Source: Phoronis australis (Eukaryota; Animalia; Phoronida). Taken from it: a stretch of DNA of 64,000 bases. Below, in pieces: positions 36,877 to 49,693 of this stretch. The stretch's first letter is position 1; each line of letters begins with the position of its first letter. The stretch spans positions 728,851-792,850 of the forward strand of contig NMRA01000060.1 of the NCBI GenBank assembly GCA_002633005.1, read 5' to 3'. Under the pieces are notes generated by a model. That model was not told where the DNA came from. It saw only the letters and a list, made by a program, of their open reading frames with translations, and did no database searches. A program made the position numbers and the translations under genes.

Positions 36877-38680
36877 TTAAACTGGTGTCACTGTGCCGTG
36901 GGCAATGTGGACTCTAGCCAGCCAATACTCAACTCTGTAAACTTAAAGGGTTGGTTAGTTACAGACTATACTGTAGGAAGACTTATCGTACCACTGTGTG
37001 TTGAGATCCGTTGGACCCGAAATTTCACACAGCCCTTTGGCTACCCGGGTATAGTTGACTTATGCTTGTCACCTCGTCGTAAAACTAAAGGTTACATCAA
37101 CATGTTGAACTAACGGCCCGGCGGGGGTGCACGCAAAATCAACCGACACTAAAATTGTGCGTTGCAGCCGTTTAAGTGGAAAACAATGAAATAAACGTCA
37201 TTTTGTAGCATAATTCGCCGCCTTTTGTAACAAAAAATGCGTTGCCTGTTTCAAAAACAGCCAGCACGCTTGTGACACGGCGCACCCGCTATTTCCTAAA
37301 AATTTGAGACGTCTTTTGGGGGATGACGACAGCTTCGCAGCACCAAGGTTTGTTTTAAAAATCGGTTTGCTGGTATAAAAATACTAAAAACTTGTCACGA
37401 AATGAAACAAGTCCCGATAACTTGTTGTGACATGAACCCAACCTAGGTGCCGGCAATGAAGAACACTTGATATACTTGAATCGGGGGGAAAAGAAACTGG
37501 TAAAGGTCAGATGACGTAATCGCAAAAAGTCGGCTCAAGAGAACGTATCACAATTTTAGCAGCAGCCGTTTAACGATCCCTAACTTTTCCAACACCGGAA
37601 AACACTGAAGTTTGCATTATTATTTATAATGTATTTAACGTATTAATTGTATTACCAGTAACAGTGTATATTTTTGCTAAGAGTTTTCTAATGTAATGAT
37701 TTTATAGACGCTCGGGATTTGGAAAATTGTGCAACTGAACGCATAGGCTACAGCAGTAGCGCCATCTTTTGTCAACTTTTAAGTGGGGGTTGAAAGCAAA
37801 CCTTAGATAAAGGTAATTGTTTTCCGCAGCGGAGAAGCTAAGAAATCACGAAAATTAGTAGCTTGACTATACGACGTGCGACGTTGTTAATTGTTTTAGA
37901 TACTTGGGACTTATGTTTACGCCAAAGTTAATTTGCATGATAGTTTGCATGAACTTAAGCATCACAAGCACTCTAATGAAGTCAACTTCAGTGAAGTGTA
38001 GCCTTACTACATGACATTATTTGATAAAATATGATATTCCCTATCATAACTTATGACTCAGAAATTTGGGGCTTTGATACCAATCTGTGCAGATGAAGTA
38101 TTTTAAAAAACTTCTGAGTGTCTCGTCTTCTTGTTTAAGTACATTGCCTGAAAAAATAATCAAATTTTGCTTACAGCTTCCGGATATTCAACAAGTGATT
38201 ATATACTTCCAGTCATTGTACAACGTCATACGTCTGTACATTATTTATTGCCGTGAGAAAAAATGTATATCACAGTACTTTTATTCTAATGCATACGGTC
38301 AACAATATATCAGTCTCATATCATAACCGAATGAATATGTCATTCAAAACAATAGCATATATTTATTCCAAGTGTTTTTCCTGAGTGGCAAAGTTGTATC
38401 TATCACTATTTTATTGTAAATAGTATTTTGTGTGTTATTTGTGACATTGTTGTTAACTGTTTGAATTGTGCGTGTGATATGGGCCGGAGGATTACACTAC
38501 ATTTTGAAATAATAATAATAGTAAATAAAAATGTTGGACGAATTACAAACTTTTCAATTAACTAGCGCTCAAAAATTCCAAGTCAATAATTGTTCATGTG
38601 GATAGCTGTTGTGATAACGAATTATTAATCGCCGTTTTCGTTATTTTTATTTTTGTCAACTATTTGAGATCTCACCGCTT

Positions 38681-38703
38681 TTTCGATCCTAGACCTTCTT
38701 CAG
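38681..38703 (-). ncRNA. Degenerate hammerhead-ribozyme-like core (Penelope-type remnant)
   Basis: Minus strand CTGAAGA-A-GGTC-TAG-GATC-GAAA; stems I and III are not convincing. Confidence 0.3.
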
Positions 38704-39795
38704 TTCCCTCTGTATAGCTAATTTGCTCAAAGGCTAAAATATTCACTGACTTCCAATACCCGTCATTTACGTACTGGGCTTCGGAGCAGGCACCTTCAAG
38801 CTTGTTTATGACACTGGCTGGTTTCTTACCTAAGCAATAGGTGGCGTAACAACTACCTGTTTAGCCAGGAAAACTTAATTCGATTCTGTATTTTTGTTAC
38901 AAGGGCGCGGCTTCTTGATATGCTAATTTAAATCTCATTGGGCGAGACCGCGAATGTGGACAAGAGAAAATTTAGGTAAAAGTTCAAGCATATATACTGA
39001 GCAGTGAGAAGGCACAATCAACAGTGTTGACTGATATGATAGGCGTGACTGAATAGCAAATCGGAGTTTGAAAGGGAAACGCAAATAGTCCAGCAAAAGG
39101 TCCGAGAACGTCGTGATTCTGAATTAGCCTCCATCCTCAAAAAATGATGACACAGACTGCGTTCAGTAGCAAGTAAAACATGAGTCTTCTTTTCGGCAAA
39201 GATGTATAAATATAAAGTTTTAGCACGACTGGGCAAGACAAAATCTTGCTCAAAGTTAATGTCATTAAAAAACTACACTCATCCATGCAGTTAATATAAT
39301 TTGGTTGTCGCCACGAAAACATCGCCATAAGTCTGTTATTCTGAATTTAAGTTTGTGGAGTGACCACATGCTTTAGTTTTGAAGATCGTGATATGCGGCG
39401 TTTTATGTTGTTCAATCTCTGTTTTAGCTGATTCTTCAATTCCCTGTTCTTTTTTTCACAAGAATGAGTACAGGTCAGTCACAAAAAACTCCAGAAGTGA
39501 TTGCACTCAATTAGTACTTTTGGATACTTTGATTGTCACGGAACTGAAATTCTCAAGAATTTTTGCTTCGTCTCACTTGTCCTCATCTCCCAAATGAAGT
39601 CACTTTATCAAACCAAAAATCAAACAAAAGGAACCGGTGTGCGAGTGTCATGAGAGTAGTACTTTCACTTCGTACAAGCAGGAAGAGATACTCTTCCTGG
39701 TACAAGTCAACACTAGTGCGGTTGCCAGCCGACTAGAGCGACGTCTTTCGTGAAACTGCAAGGATTTGAAATGACCGACAGGCGAGGCCCGACGG

Positions 39796-40399
39796 CTCGC
39801 TGGTTCCCTTCGTGTCGCAAGTATCATTTAATTTTTCTCAAGAATTTTTTACGCCGAAGTTTCTGATTGGCTGGTCGAATTCTCAACAGGTGGCGCTTTA
39901 CGCAAACAAACTGGCATGCCTTATAGAGGAAGTGTAAATGTGTTCTGTTGTACACTGGCAGACAAATCCGTGCTTAATTCATGTTCAGGAAATGTGAATT
40001 CCAGAAAATTGTGGTTGTGCCTTTTCGGAGTGGTTTTTCTACTGTCGCTGACTTTTGTTTACGTTGATGTCCTGTATCCATGCAGTATAAATAGCATATC
40101 CGTTAAATCGGTCAGATGTGTGTTTATTTTACATGTATGTGCTTCAAGCACGCGGCTAATAAACTTTGCTGCAGAAACGAAATAGTTGCTGTTACGCCAC
40201 TTGCATGACAAGCCTAAAAATCGTTCATAGTCCGCCATTTTCTTTCTTTGTACACTGAGAGACCGTAGAGAACATCTTTGCTTTGTTGTAAAGCTAACCA
40301 ATGACTGCCCAGGTTACATCAACCACTTAGTGATAAAGCGCGTGCTTATAGTGCTACTGAATGATAGCTGCGTGTTCGCTACACGCAGGGAACCGCGAG
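39796..40399. mobile_element. Unclassified element with ~25-bp subterminal inverted repeats
   Basis: CTCGCTGGTTCCCTTCGTGTCGCAA (39796-39820) versus the reverse complement of 40375-40399, CTCGCGGTTCCCTGCGTGTAGCGAA. Confidence 0.4.
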
Positions 40400-41864
40400 G
40401 TCCCGACGAATCATCTTGTTCGTTTCCCCTTGTATTATTTTACATCTGTAATTTTTCTTCAAAGAGCCATTACCGCAATTCATAGGGGTGCACCGTTTTA
40501 TCAATCGGCGTTTTTCGGCGGCAGTTGATTATCTAAAATTATTGAATAGGTCAAAAGCCTTCGCAATTTGCATTTTCTTTTCACAATCACCCAAGAATTT
40601 TTTTTAAGAGCACTGTCGTTCTAATAACACAACCATAGCATTGCACGTTTCCTTTACAACCCAGTAAGTACCGTAATCTTTTGTCCAAGTTACCAACGCA
40701 TACTGGTACAGTGACTGGTGTACAGTAACAATGTTGCCTCGAGCTTTATGGTTTTACTTTCTGTTTTCTATGCTGCTCACAAATTTCGGTTGGTTTCAGA
40801 AATAACGTCATGGCAGTTTCAGAATGTGATTTACATACCCTACAGAACACAAATTCAAATTAGTCATTCATTGTCCATCGTTGAGTAAAAAGCACTTTTT
40901 GTCAGACAGTATAAGACCTCAATCTTTGAGTGGAGATAAATTTCACGAAAACTTAAACCTTAGATTAAACCTTTTGTTCTTTTAAATGCAAACCTTTCTA
41001 TCAGTATACCGTGTATTTGTTGTATAGTACCGAATCGTCTTGGCACTGGATGTGGACAAGATTGGTTCACTATTGCGTGTGTCGGGCAGTGTCGTTCATT
41101 TTTTGTACACAGGCTTATGACGAATATTATTTTGAACTGTTGATCCTTTACTTTTTCACCCCTAAAACTGTATTCTTGTCTTAAGTTGTGACGTGTCGAG
41201 TGATGCTGATCATGTTGCAATCTGTTTCAACTGAGTACGTGGTGGGTTTATCAAGTTCAACTCAGAGGTCTGGGTGGGTCGGGCAGCTTTATCCTACCAC
41301 TGGATTTCTATGGCAGTGTTTGTCTTTGATACATAGCATTATGTTTAATAATTTGCAACTAGTTTTATACGTTTACCTCTTGGGTTGATCTAGTACCTCA
41401 AATTTAACAGCCATTTATAATTGCATGGCGGATGCTTCTCAAAAGGCCACTGAAATTATCTTTCAGTGGATAATTTTGATGATTTGAATTGATTAGTAGG
41501 TGTTGTGAGTGTAATAAGTGGTTACCGGAAGAGTTGATCCCGCTCAGTTTTTAGTGTCATTCTCGTGGCTTCCCTGACCACACCCGGCAAAGCGAACTTG
41601 CCAGGTGGTCATATCCGATCGCGTAAACCATGGAGCAACGTGGTACCCAAGAAAATTTGTTACCTTTTCATGCCCGAAAAGCCTCTGGAATATTGGTATA
41701 TCTAGTACAGGGCAACGTATGAAAGTCATGAGTGCTAAACCGGGTATGAATTTTAGAGTCGTGATCACCGCTGAATCCCGGTGGTCTATAGAAATAAAAA
41801 TATAAAAATAAAAGCTCTCGGAGAATCGACATTTGGCGAAATTAACTGATCAGACCTCAATGGA

Positions 41865-41962
41865 GATGATGATGGTGATGGTGATGGTGGTGGTGGTGGT
41901 GGTGGTGATGGTGGTGGTGGTGATGGTGATGGTGGTGTTGATGGTGATGGTGATGGTGATGG

Positions 41963-42026
<64 letters not shown>

Positions 42027-42045
42027 AACGATAGTGGAGATGATG
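41865..42045. repeat. Compound (GGT/GAT)n microsatellite
   Basis: Directly visible; source of the spurious poly-His, poly-Met and poly-Ile ORFs. Confidence 0.97.
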
Positions 42046-42899
42046 AACAATCATATGAAGAAGGAAGATGTCAGAAATGGGCGAGTAAGAAATATCTTAT
42101 AGTCTTGTTCAACCAAAGGTAAATCAACAAAAGTGCAGCAAAATCAGTTTACAAAGAAACAGCGTTATAAGAAATCTCGAATAATTCAAAAACCAGACTT
42201 CCTAGCGAAAAATGGGAAAATCTTATGAAAGTCCGTTTAAAACTCTATCTAAGGAAGCAGTTTCACAAAATTCAGAAAAAAATTCTAAAAATACCAAGTT
42301 TTGCATTTTTGAAATTCAAAGTCAAATAACTCAAAAACGGTAACTCTAAGAAAAAATGCTAGAAATCATTTGAAAGGGTACTCCTGAGAGAATCCACATG
42401 CATAAAATTCAGATGAATTGCAGCTGACGTTCAAAATGGCACCCCAGCACGATGGATTAGAATGCGTCATATCCGCCATCTTGAAAGCAACTTCCGGTTC
42501 TGCAGAAATGAACTCAATAATACCCTATGACACAGCGCCACCTATACTGCAAAGTGCTGTGATAGAGTGTAAAATGAATAATAGCTACTTATAGGAAACT
42601 AACACATGTGAAATTTCGAAACAATTGGTTATACAATGCGCCCTGTACAGGCGCCCTCGGGGTTTCAGAACGCAATGGCCGATATATTCGCCATCTTTGA
42701 CCTGTGGAAGTAATTTTCAAACTTCATCATTAGAATTTGACTGTACATACGTTACCCTCAGATACAGCGCCACCTATACCTTTCGCAGCACCGTGAAAGA
42801 GTGTACGCGTATCTTTTATTTCCGCTGTGAAGACTACGATTATTGTCCCTGGCTAGAGCAGTGGCCTAGTGAGGTCAGTGGGTAGACGATCGCAGATTG

Positions 42900-43357
42900 A
42901 AGATGTTGAATGGAAATGACAATGTTTGTACAAGATTTCTGGAAGGAATTCGGACAGCTACTGCAGTCAAAAGTGTATCGTTCAGCTTCCCAGCTGTCTC
43001 TCTTACGAACGTGTTATTCTTGGGCTTTATGAGACGCATTTTCCTTTTACTAGCTAAACAGTACATTTACTATGAGAGATGTCACAAAAATATACCTAAT
43101 TTTCTCAAGTTTGTTATATATACTTATGAGTACTATAATGCTGAAAAATTAATTGCAAATAAAAACTTTATATATGACAGCTTCTCTGCGAAATGGGAAA
43201 ATTTTATTGTTCACGTTAACTCCATGTAGCAGTTGTTTACTTTATACGAGATACGAGAATGGTCTCTCCTGAGGTGCGCATGCGTGAATGAATGGATGAA
43301 TTTGTTTATATGTTTGTTTTTGTACTTGTTTATAAATGATAATAAATACCTGAAAAA
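42900..43357 (+). mobile_element. 3' fragment of an L1/Tx1-type LINE
   Basis: ORF2 C-terminus-like LLLAKQYIY...EKLIA...KW, then a T-rich 3' UTR, AATAAA (43341-43346) and a short A run. Confidence 0.65.
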
Positions 43358-44059
43358 TGACAATGCTATCTGACTAGTTTCTTCGAATAGACATGGACGG
43401 CGCTGCACTGCAAAAGCGGGGAGCTATAGCCCCCCCATTGTCAAATGTAACTTCATACAGCGTTGGCTTTTCGTCAACTATCAGATTATCGTACCAGTTT
43501 CTCTTGAACCCGATGAAATACATCTTTCTCAACTGGACAACTGCTTGCAAATACTCAGATGATTAGACTCTGTTCCCGAATTCATTTGTTATCGTTGGCG
43601 GTGTCACTGTAAATAAATTTCCTCTGTCACCTCTCTTGCTCGTGCATAACGTTTATCTTCATTCGAGGACATGTGAATAATTTTCATTTGAGTAAGCATG
43701 GGTGGAGCAACACTGAAAAAAGTGGGGGCTATAACCCCTCCCCCCAGCCCCCTGTGGTGCATCGCCCATAGAAGTGTCCGTTCTGCATTTTCACAAGCGT
43801 ACACTTAAGGGAGCTTTGCTGCTCGCATACGCATTTGACATCATAAAAACGGCAACGTCAAATAATACTATAAAGTCAACGTTTAATAATTACTTTTCAC
43901 ATCGTAAAAACATGACGAAACAACCAATACCAGAATTGTCGCCAAGATTCAATCAGGTCAACATCATGTTTGGCGTATTTCAAGACTACTCTCCAGTTGT
44001 TCTCCGCTTTTCCTTCTATGAAAAACAGCGGCAATCGAAAATCTAGCCTGGTTCCAGCA

Positions 44060-44320
44060 TTTACACTCTCTGCTTGTATGCCCCTCTGTCACGTGTATTT
44101 CACTGTTTATTTCACTTCGTATATGTTCATCCCACTTATTGCCTGATGATGAGACATCCAGTCTCGAAATACAGCTAGTGTTTTAATTTGTTGTTTGTTA
44201 TGTCTCTCGATGTTTTGCTACATAGCTGCACACCTGAGGAAAGGAGATTGTTTCGACACTACGAGCGACTGCATATCAAGATTTCAAACAAAAAGTTTAG
44301 TCGTGTTTTCAACGAAGCTC
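44060..44320 (+). mobile_element. Penelope-like element terminal repeat fragment with hammerhead-like core
   Basis: CTGATGA-T-GAGAC-ATCCA-GTCTC-GAAA (44143-44169), followed by ATG at 44200 reading MSLDVLLHSCTPEERRLFRHYERLHIKISNKKFSRVFNE, which resembles PLE ORF N-termini. Confidence 0.6.
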
Positions 44321-45752
44321 GCGATAATAATGAACGGCTCTTAAGTCAGCATTTACCAATAAAAATTATTGCAGTGATTCATTTTCGCATCAAATTAGTT
44401 TACGATTAAGTTGAAATATAAGTTCAAAAGCTCTGACGTAGCTCTCACACAAAGAACGCTAGATGACTCTAGAAACTTCGAAATGCAAGTCCCATTTACT
44501 TAACTGTTCTGTTTTCCACGAAGAAGTACTTCAGGCACTTCTACTTACCGCGGAAACTTATTTTCCGTGGCAGTGGTATGTGACGTTTTTGTGATGCCAT
44601 TCTATAGAAAAACAAGAGAATTAATTTTAACCTTCCGTTTGCGAAACAGTCTGCTTTCAACATTTTGATTTAAAGACTGATTATGGATCTAGCTGCAAAT
44701 AGTACGAGAGAGGCCAAATGCAGCAGAGCAAAAGTCGAGCGTGGGGTCTGAAACCTAAGAATCCTCCGCTGAGCTAAAAAGGTTTTATTCATCATTATAT
44801 AAAACTGTCTTATAAGATACTTTTCCTTTGTTTTCACCAATTTAGGACATAGAATGAATCCTGTCAGTTGAACTGTTACATCAGGAAGAATTTATAAATT
44901 ACGTACATGCGTTTTTCTTCGTTGGTGACCACTTAGGTGCCCTTCAGCCATTTCGTTGGTGCACCACCAGACATTCAAAAATTAAGGATGATTTTTTTAC
45001 TTTCAATTTGGATAATTTTGAAAGGATGTATTGATAAAATGGTTGAAAGACCATATTTGACAATGCGGTTGAGTGTGGTATTCGTTTTAGGAATCTTTAA
45101 CAGAAATAGGAAGGTAAACTTTTATGCAAGGAAATTACAATGCGGCAACTACTATACCTACATGAGAGACATGCGATCCTAGCTAAGCAGTTTGTGTTTT
45201 AATTAAGCTGTTACACGGAGAAAGTCAAAACATTCCACGACTAAAGTTCATGACGATTTAAACACTATCAGGCGTCTTCTGACAATAGACTATTTAACTC
45301 ATTGTCGGCGGTCGCAGAAAAACGCTTGTGATAGACTTGTGTAAACATAATGACTAACTGGACCTAACCAGCGCTTGTTTTTGTAAACATTCAAGGTGAA
45401 TTAATAAAGGATTAAATAATGCATTACGGGCGCCAGTCTGTTTACCTAGCTTGTGTAGTGATTTTGTTTAGAGTCTGTTTCTTTTGAAGTGTGGGCGTAT
45501 TTTTTAACCACCGTCTTTTGAATCTATCTGACAGTTGCAGCGCTTACTTTCAGCATTCGGGATTTTCTTAACATAAGAACAATTTTGCTAACTTGACTTC
45601 GACAAGCGAAAATGTTACTGCATGACGTCACATGTTTCGTGGTGACCATCTTTTCGTCAGCATTCAATAATTTCTAATGATTAATTTCTAATGGTTCAGT
45701 GTCCGGTGACATGAAACTTGTACTTAGGTGCCACCCAGTCATAATAATAATG

Positions 45753-45774
45753 ATGATGAAGGCCGAAACATGTC
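45753..45774 (+). ncRNA. Degenerate minimal hammerhead motif (Penelope-type remnant)
   Basis: aTGATGA-AGGCC-GAAA-CATG-TC has the palindromic stem III of minimal PLE hammerheads, but C3 is mutated and stem II is collapsed. Confidence 0.45.
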
Positions 45775-45844
45775 GTTACATTTAAGAAAAGTTGTTGTCG
45801 TTATTCAAACTTTACTTGTGTTCGTCAGTGCGAGATCTTTCAAC

Positions 45845-45955
45845 AATAATGATAATAATAACAATAATTGATAATAATAACAAGAATAATGATAATAATG
45901 ATGATAATGATAATCATGATAACCATAACTATAATGATAATGATAATGATAATAT
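45845..45955. repeat. (AAT/GAT)n degenerate microsatellite
   Basis: Directly visible. Confidence 0.9.
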
Positions 45956-47084
45956 AATAGCTGTTTTTATTTGGTCAAATAGCGCAATTACTGCGACAGT
46001 GTCTTCGCGAAACGGGAACGAAAACTGCGATTATCAGACGCGCTGCAGCTACATGTAGAAAGTGGAAAGGTTTGTATCTTTTAATAACAATAATAACAAG
46101 CTGATGCTAGTGTCATACACAGATTCACTGAAGCGGTGACCCGACTCAGCATTACATTTTCCGTTGTGCTTGTTGTGCGAACACGAGGTTTCTAGTATTC
46201 AGAGCAAATAATAAACATGTGCATTCCTCTGTAATTGATAAGTACAGTATATGTAATATTTTGACGCCCAGGTAAAATGCCATCTAGCGCTTTCTGGGCT
46301 TTGCTTATTGTACGTTGTATTTTTCGTAATAAACGTTACATAACACAAAACAAAACGGGCACTACCATAATCCGCCGTTTGTAGGTGTTACGCGAACATC
46401 TCTCCTTTGATTGTGGTTGCCCCTCCCCTTACGACACCCTAGATCCGCCAGCGGTTAGTTAGTAATAGTAGTATATGTTCAGTGCACGCTTTTATACTGG
46501 CTGTTCCATATCAGATATGACACAGGATATAATATGTTGTCCTTTAGAAATTCTTGCACCTCCAAATGTTCAAACTTGATGCACATCTGTGTATTTACAT
46601 TGAGCTCAGCGCTAATTTTGCACAACTTTAAGCGACAGACATCATGTTTGCCCAAAACAGTTTTTGGAGTTTATTTCAAGTTTTATTGCAAAACCACTTT
46701 TCCCAAATGCCAATGCCTTGGTGCTCATAACTGATTTTGATCTAATTGTAAAACACTACTTATCAGTAAAAAAATCACATATGTTCAATTTAGTTCACCT
46801 TCGTTGAACCGAATCTCTAGGCAAAAGGGTCATTTAGGTCCAAAACTGCTTGCCTTAACGTACCACCAGTTATAAGCAGTCGTACAAAAATTATGACATC
46901 CACAATCATTGCATTTGCACTGTTATGTTTTAGAAGATTGGACGACTTGCTTGATACCGCAACCTCAGACTCAGACGTTTGGGATTTCCATTCTAGAATT
47001 CTTTTCCTTGACACACAGGCAGCAAACCCTCCAGTTTGCACCGAATTCCCCTTCCATTTAAAAGTTCATTAGGAGAATATCAAG

Positions 47085-47290
47085 AATCTAGAGGCGTACG
47101 ACGATACTGCAACAAAAACTCTTGTAATGCACTTTTTGGTGTTACTGAGGACTTTCGCAAAGATTGATTGAAAGTTTGAACTAGGCGCTCTGCTGTACCG
47201 TTTGTACTGTAGCACGATGATAAGAAGCACCTGTGAGATGTACAAATACCTCGTTCGTGGCACCAATGCTGGATCCTGCCAACTACGCCA
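47085..47290 (-). pseudogene. Isolated Gypsy integrase core fragment
   Basis: WCHERGI...TNGTAERLVQTFNQSLRKS...ALQEFLLQYRRTP, with frameshifts. Confidence 0.8.
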
Positions 47291-49501
47291 AATGATTGTT
47301 TTAAAAGAATGGACGACGAAGATGTCAAAGAAAGTGTATACTTTGGCTGAACCTAAAAATGACGTCATAAACGATAACATCACAGAAAATGTAAGACAAT
47401 AGGCTACCAAAGCATACTCAATTAGGAGTTGATTAGAAAAGTATGGCTCACTACTAAACTGTCTTTAACTATTGAAGAAGCTGATTTGTACGTCCTCAAA
47501 TTGGACTTAGGTTTATTGTCAAAAATAGCTTATGAAAATTATTAATAACATTTCAAGTAAACCCGTCCTGCTGAAAAGTTGCATAAATTAATTTTGCGAC
47601 TTGGCTAGCTCCTGATTTGAAACCTGTTACCATTTTAAATTTGTTTCACTCATTCACGTAGAGACTCTGAAATTAAGTAAGTGGTGATTATATGGGCAGG
47701 AATGGGGGGGTTCTTATTTGGGCGCACGCGTTCTTTTGTGTGAGATGCTAATACTGTTGGACTTTTATATTTTTTACAATATGAGTATAAAGTAAAGTAA
47801 TAATTATAAAGTGTAGTTGTGTTGGCTTGCACTTGAAGTGCTATTGTACAACTCTCAATGTGCCAGTCACAGTTTCCGTGAATCCGTTCATGGCTTGGGA
47901 AGTAGCTCAATTTTTAAGGTTATGTAGGATCCCAGAAAAATGTTCAAATTTGGCAAATTTCGGAACATCCTATCCCAGAAATGGCTGATTGGATTCATAT
48001 GAAACTTTCAGTTATCATGTGTTATGCACTGTTCTCAAAACGCTGCTGGAATTGTTTTTAAAATCCTCCACTTTTGCACGGTGGCTTTCAAAAATATCAT
48101 TTTTATGATTTTCTTGGAAAAAAATTAAAGTTACATGAAGCGAAAACGAATTGATTCCTTAGAAAACTGTAATTGAGATCTCGCCTTGAATATTTATATC
48201 AAATAAAATTTGATCATGTTATTGATACCGTTGCTTCGCTATCAATGTATTTTTATTTTTTGTCAATCTGTACTGAAGTACAGCGTCACGTGACCCAATT
48301 AAAGACATAGTGGCCGGGTAAGAGTATAAAATTTAGTTCTGCGACCTCTCTACTTTCATAAAATACATATTTTTTACTAAGTTAAATGCTTTAGCTCTCT
48401 AGATATTTTGCTAAATACGCAGACCTTGTTGTTGAAATGATAGCGAAAAACATTTACTTTAAATGTCGACGAAATGATTTGCTGGGTGGTTTAATAGCGC
48501 CCACCAACACAACACACAAACTCTGTCCTCAAGGGCTTCATATTGTCAAATGCTTTTGCATGTTTTTGTGCTTGGCGTTTTCATTAAATTCTGATCTGTT
48601 GTTTGCAGAGATTGAAAGGTAGACTTTAACGATGACTACCGCCAATAAAACGTACAAAATTATACTTGTAAGACCATTCCGTTATTGTCGTTGTGGCGCG
48701 TCAGACATACAACACATTATCAGTCTGAAATGGAAGAGGTAGTTTAATAGGAAATTAAATAGTTTATGCGAATGATAGTATGTGTCATTTAGTGCTACCT
48801 CGGGAAAAAACGAAAAGCTTATCTATGAAAAGTTGGCCAGTTAGTGATCGAATTACATAATAATTTCTGAAATTCCATTAGTCTGAATCGGCTTAAGACA
48901 TGAGTCAAGGATTTTCCCTGCTTATATCGACAATTTTTCAAAAGAATAAGAAAAATTTGTGTTTTACTATGTTTATGGCAGATCTCCAAGCGCTTTTCGC
49001 ATTCATAGAATGTTTTTGAAAACTTGTAAAGCACCGAGGGCGCCGCCATCAGCACTTCATTTCGCAAATTCACCGTATCATTTGCCCAGCGTTTTTTATT
49101 AATAACTCATTTTATCAAACTCTGAGTTAAAGTCTTAACACGCAGTTTTAAAGGATTTTTGTAGAGAAAATTAGTCCTGTTTCATAAAAAAATCCTCATT
49201 CCGAATTGCCTTACGTGCCAATGAACCGACGACATAAAACCATCAATAGGGGGCGAAGTAATCGCAATATAATTGAAGAGGACATTCCTAAAATACTTCT
49301 CCCAGCCAATCAAAATATGTGGTAAGAGAGTTTCATGACTCAACAAAATTACCTCTAAATTGAACGAAACAGTCGTTTCATCGCTGAATGTCGATGTTTT
49401 CAAACGTTTCTAAATTGTTTTCAGTGAAATAATTCCACATTGTAATTTCTGAAGGTACATTTGGCACATCTTGTCCGAGCGAAGCAGGTGCCCTTTTGTA
49501 C

Positions 49502-49546
49502 ATTGGTCACGTGACTTTCCATATACGGAACATTAGCTGATTGGCT
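49502..49546. promoter_or_regulatory. Candidate ephrin proximal promoter: palindromic E-box flanked by reverse CCAAT boxes
   Basis: ATTGG 49502-49506, GTCACGTGAC 49506-49515 and GCTGATTGGC ~49537-49545, about 150-190 bp upstream of the ATG. Confidence 0.5.
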
Positions 49547-49693
49547 TCATCTGTTCGGAACGTGTGTGTAGTTGAGGACGCAAGGTTCATGGCTCTGTCT
49601 CCTACATGGAAATATCTTCGTAAATTTAGTAATGTGATCGTGTCCTCGGTCTTTGCAGTTATGGGACACACACAGAGGACTCGTGTATCTAAA

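Noticed and set aside
41857-42054. Poly-His ORF as a metal-binding peptide linked to the zinc transporter
   Set aside because: It is a (GGT/GAT)n microsatellite giving homopolymer ORFs in several frames, with a non-ATG start and no splice context.
42848-42890. tRNA gene
   Set aside because: Only an A-box-like GTGGCCTAGTG is present, with no B box or cloverleaf.
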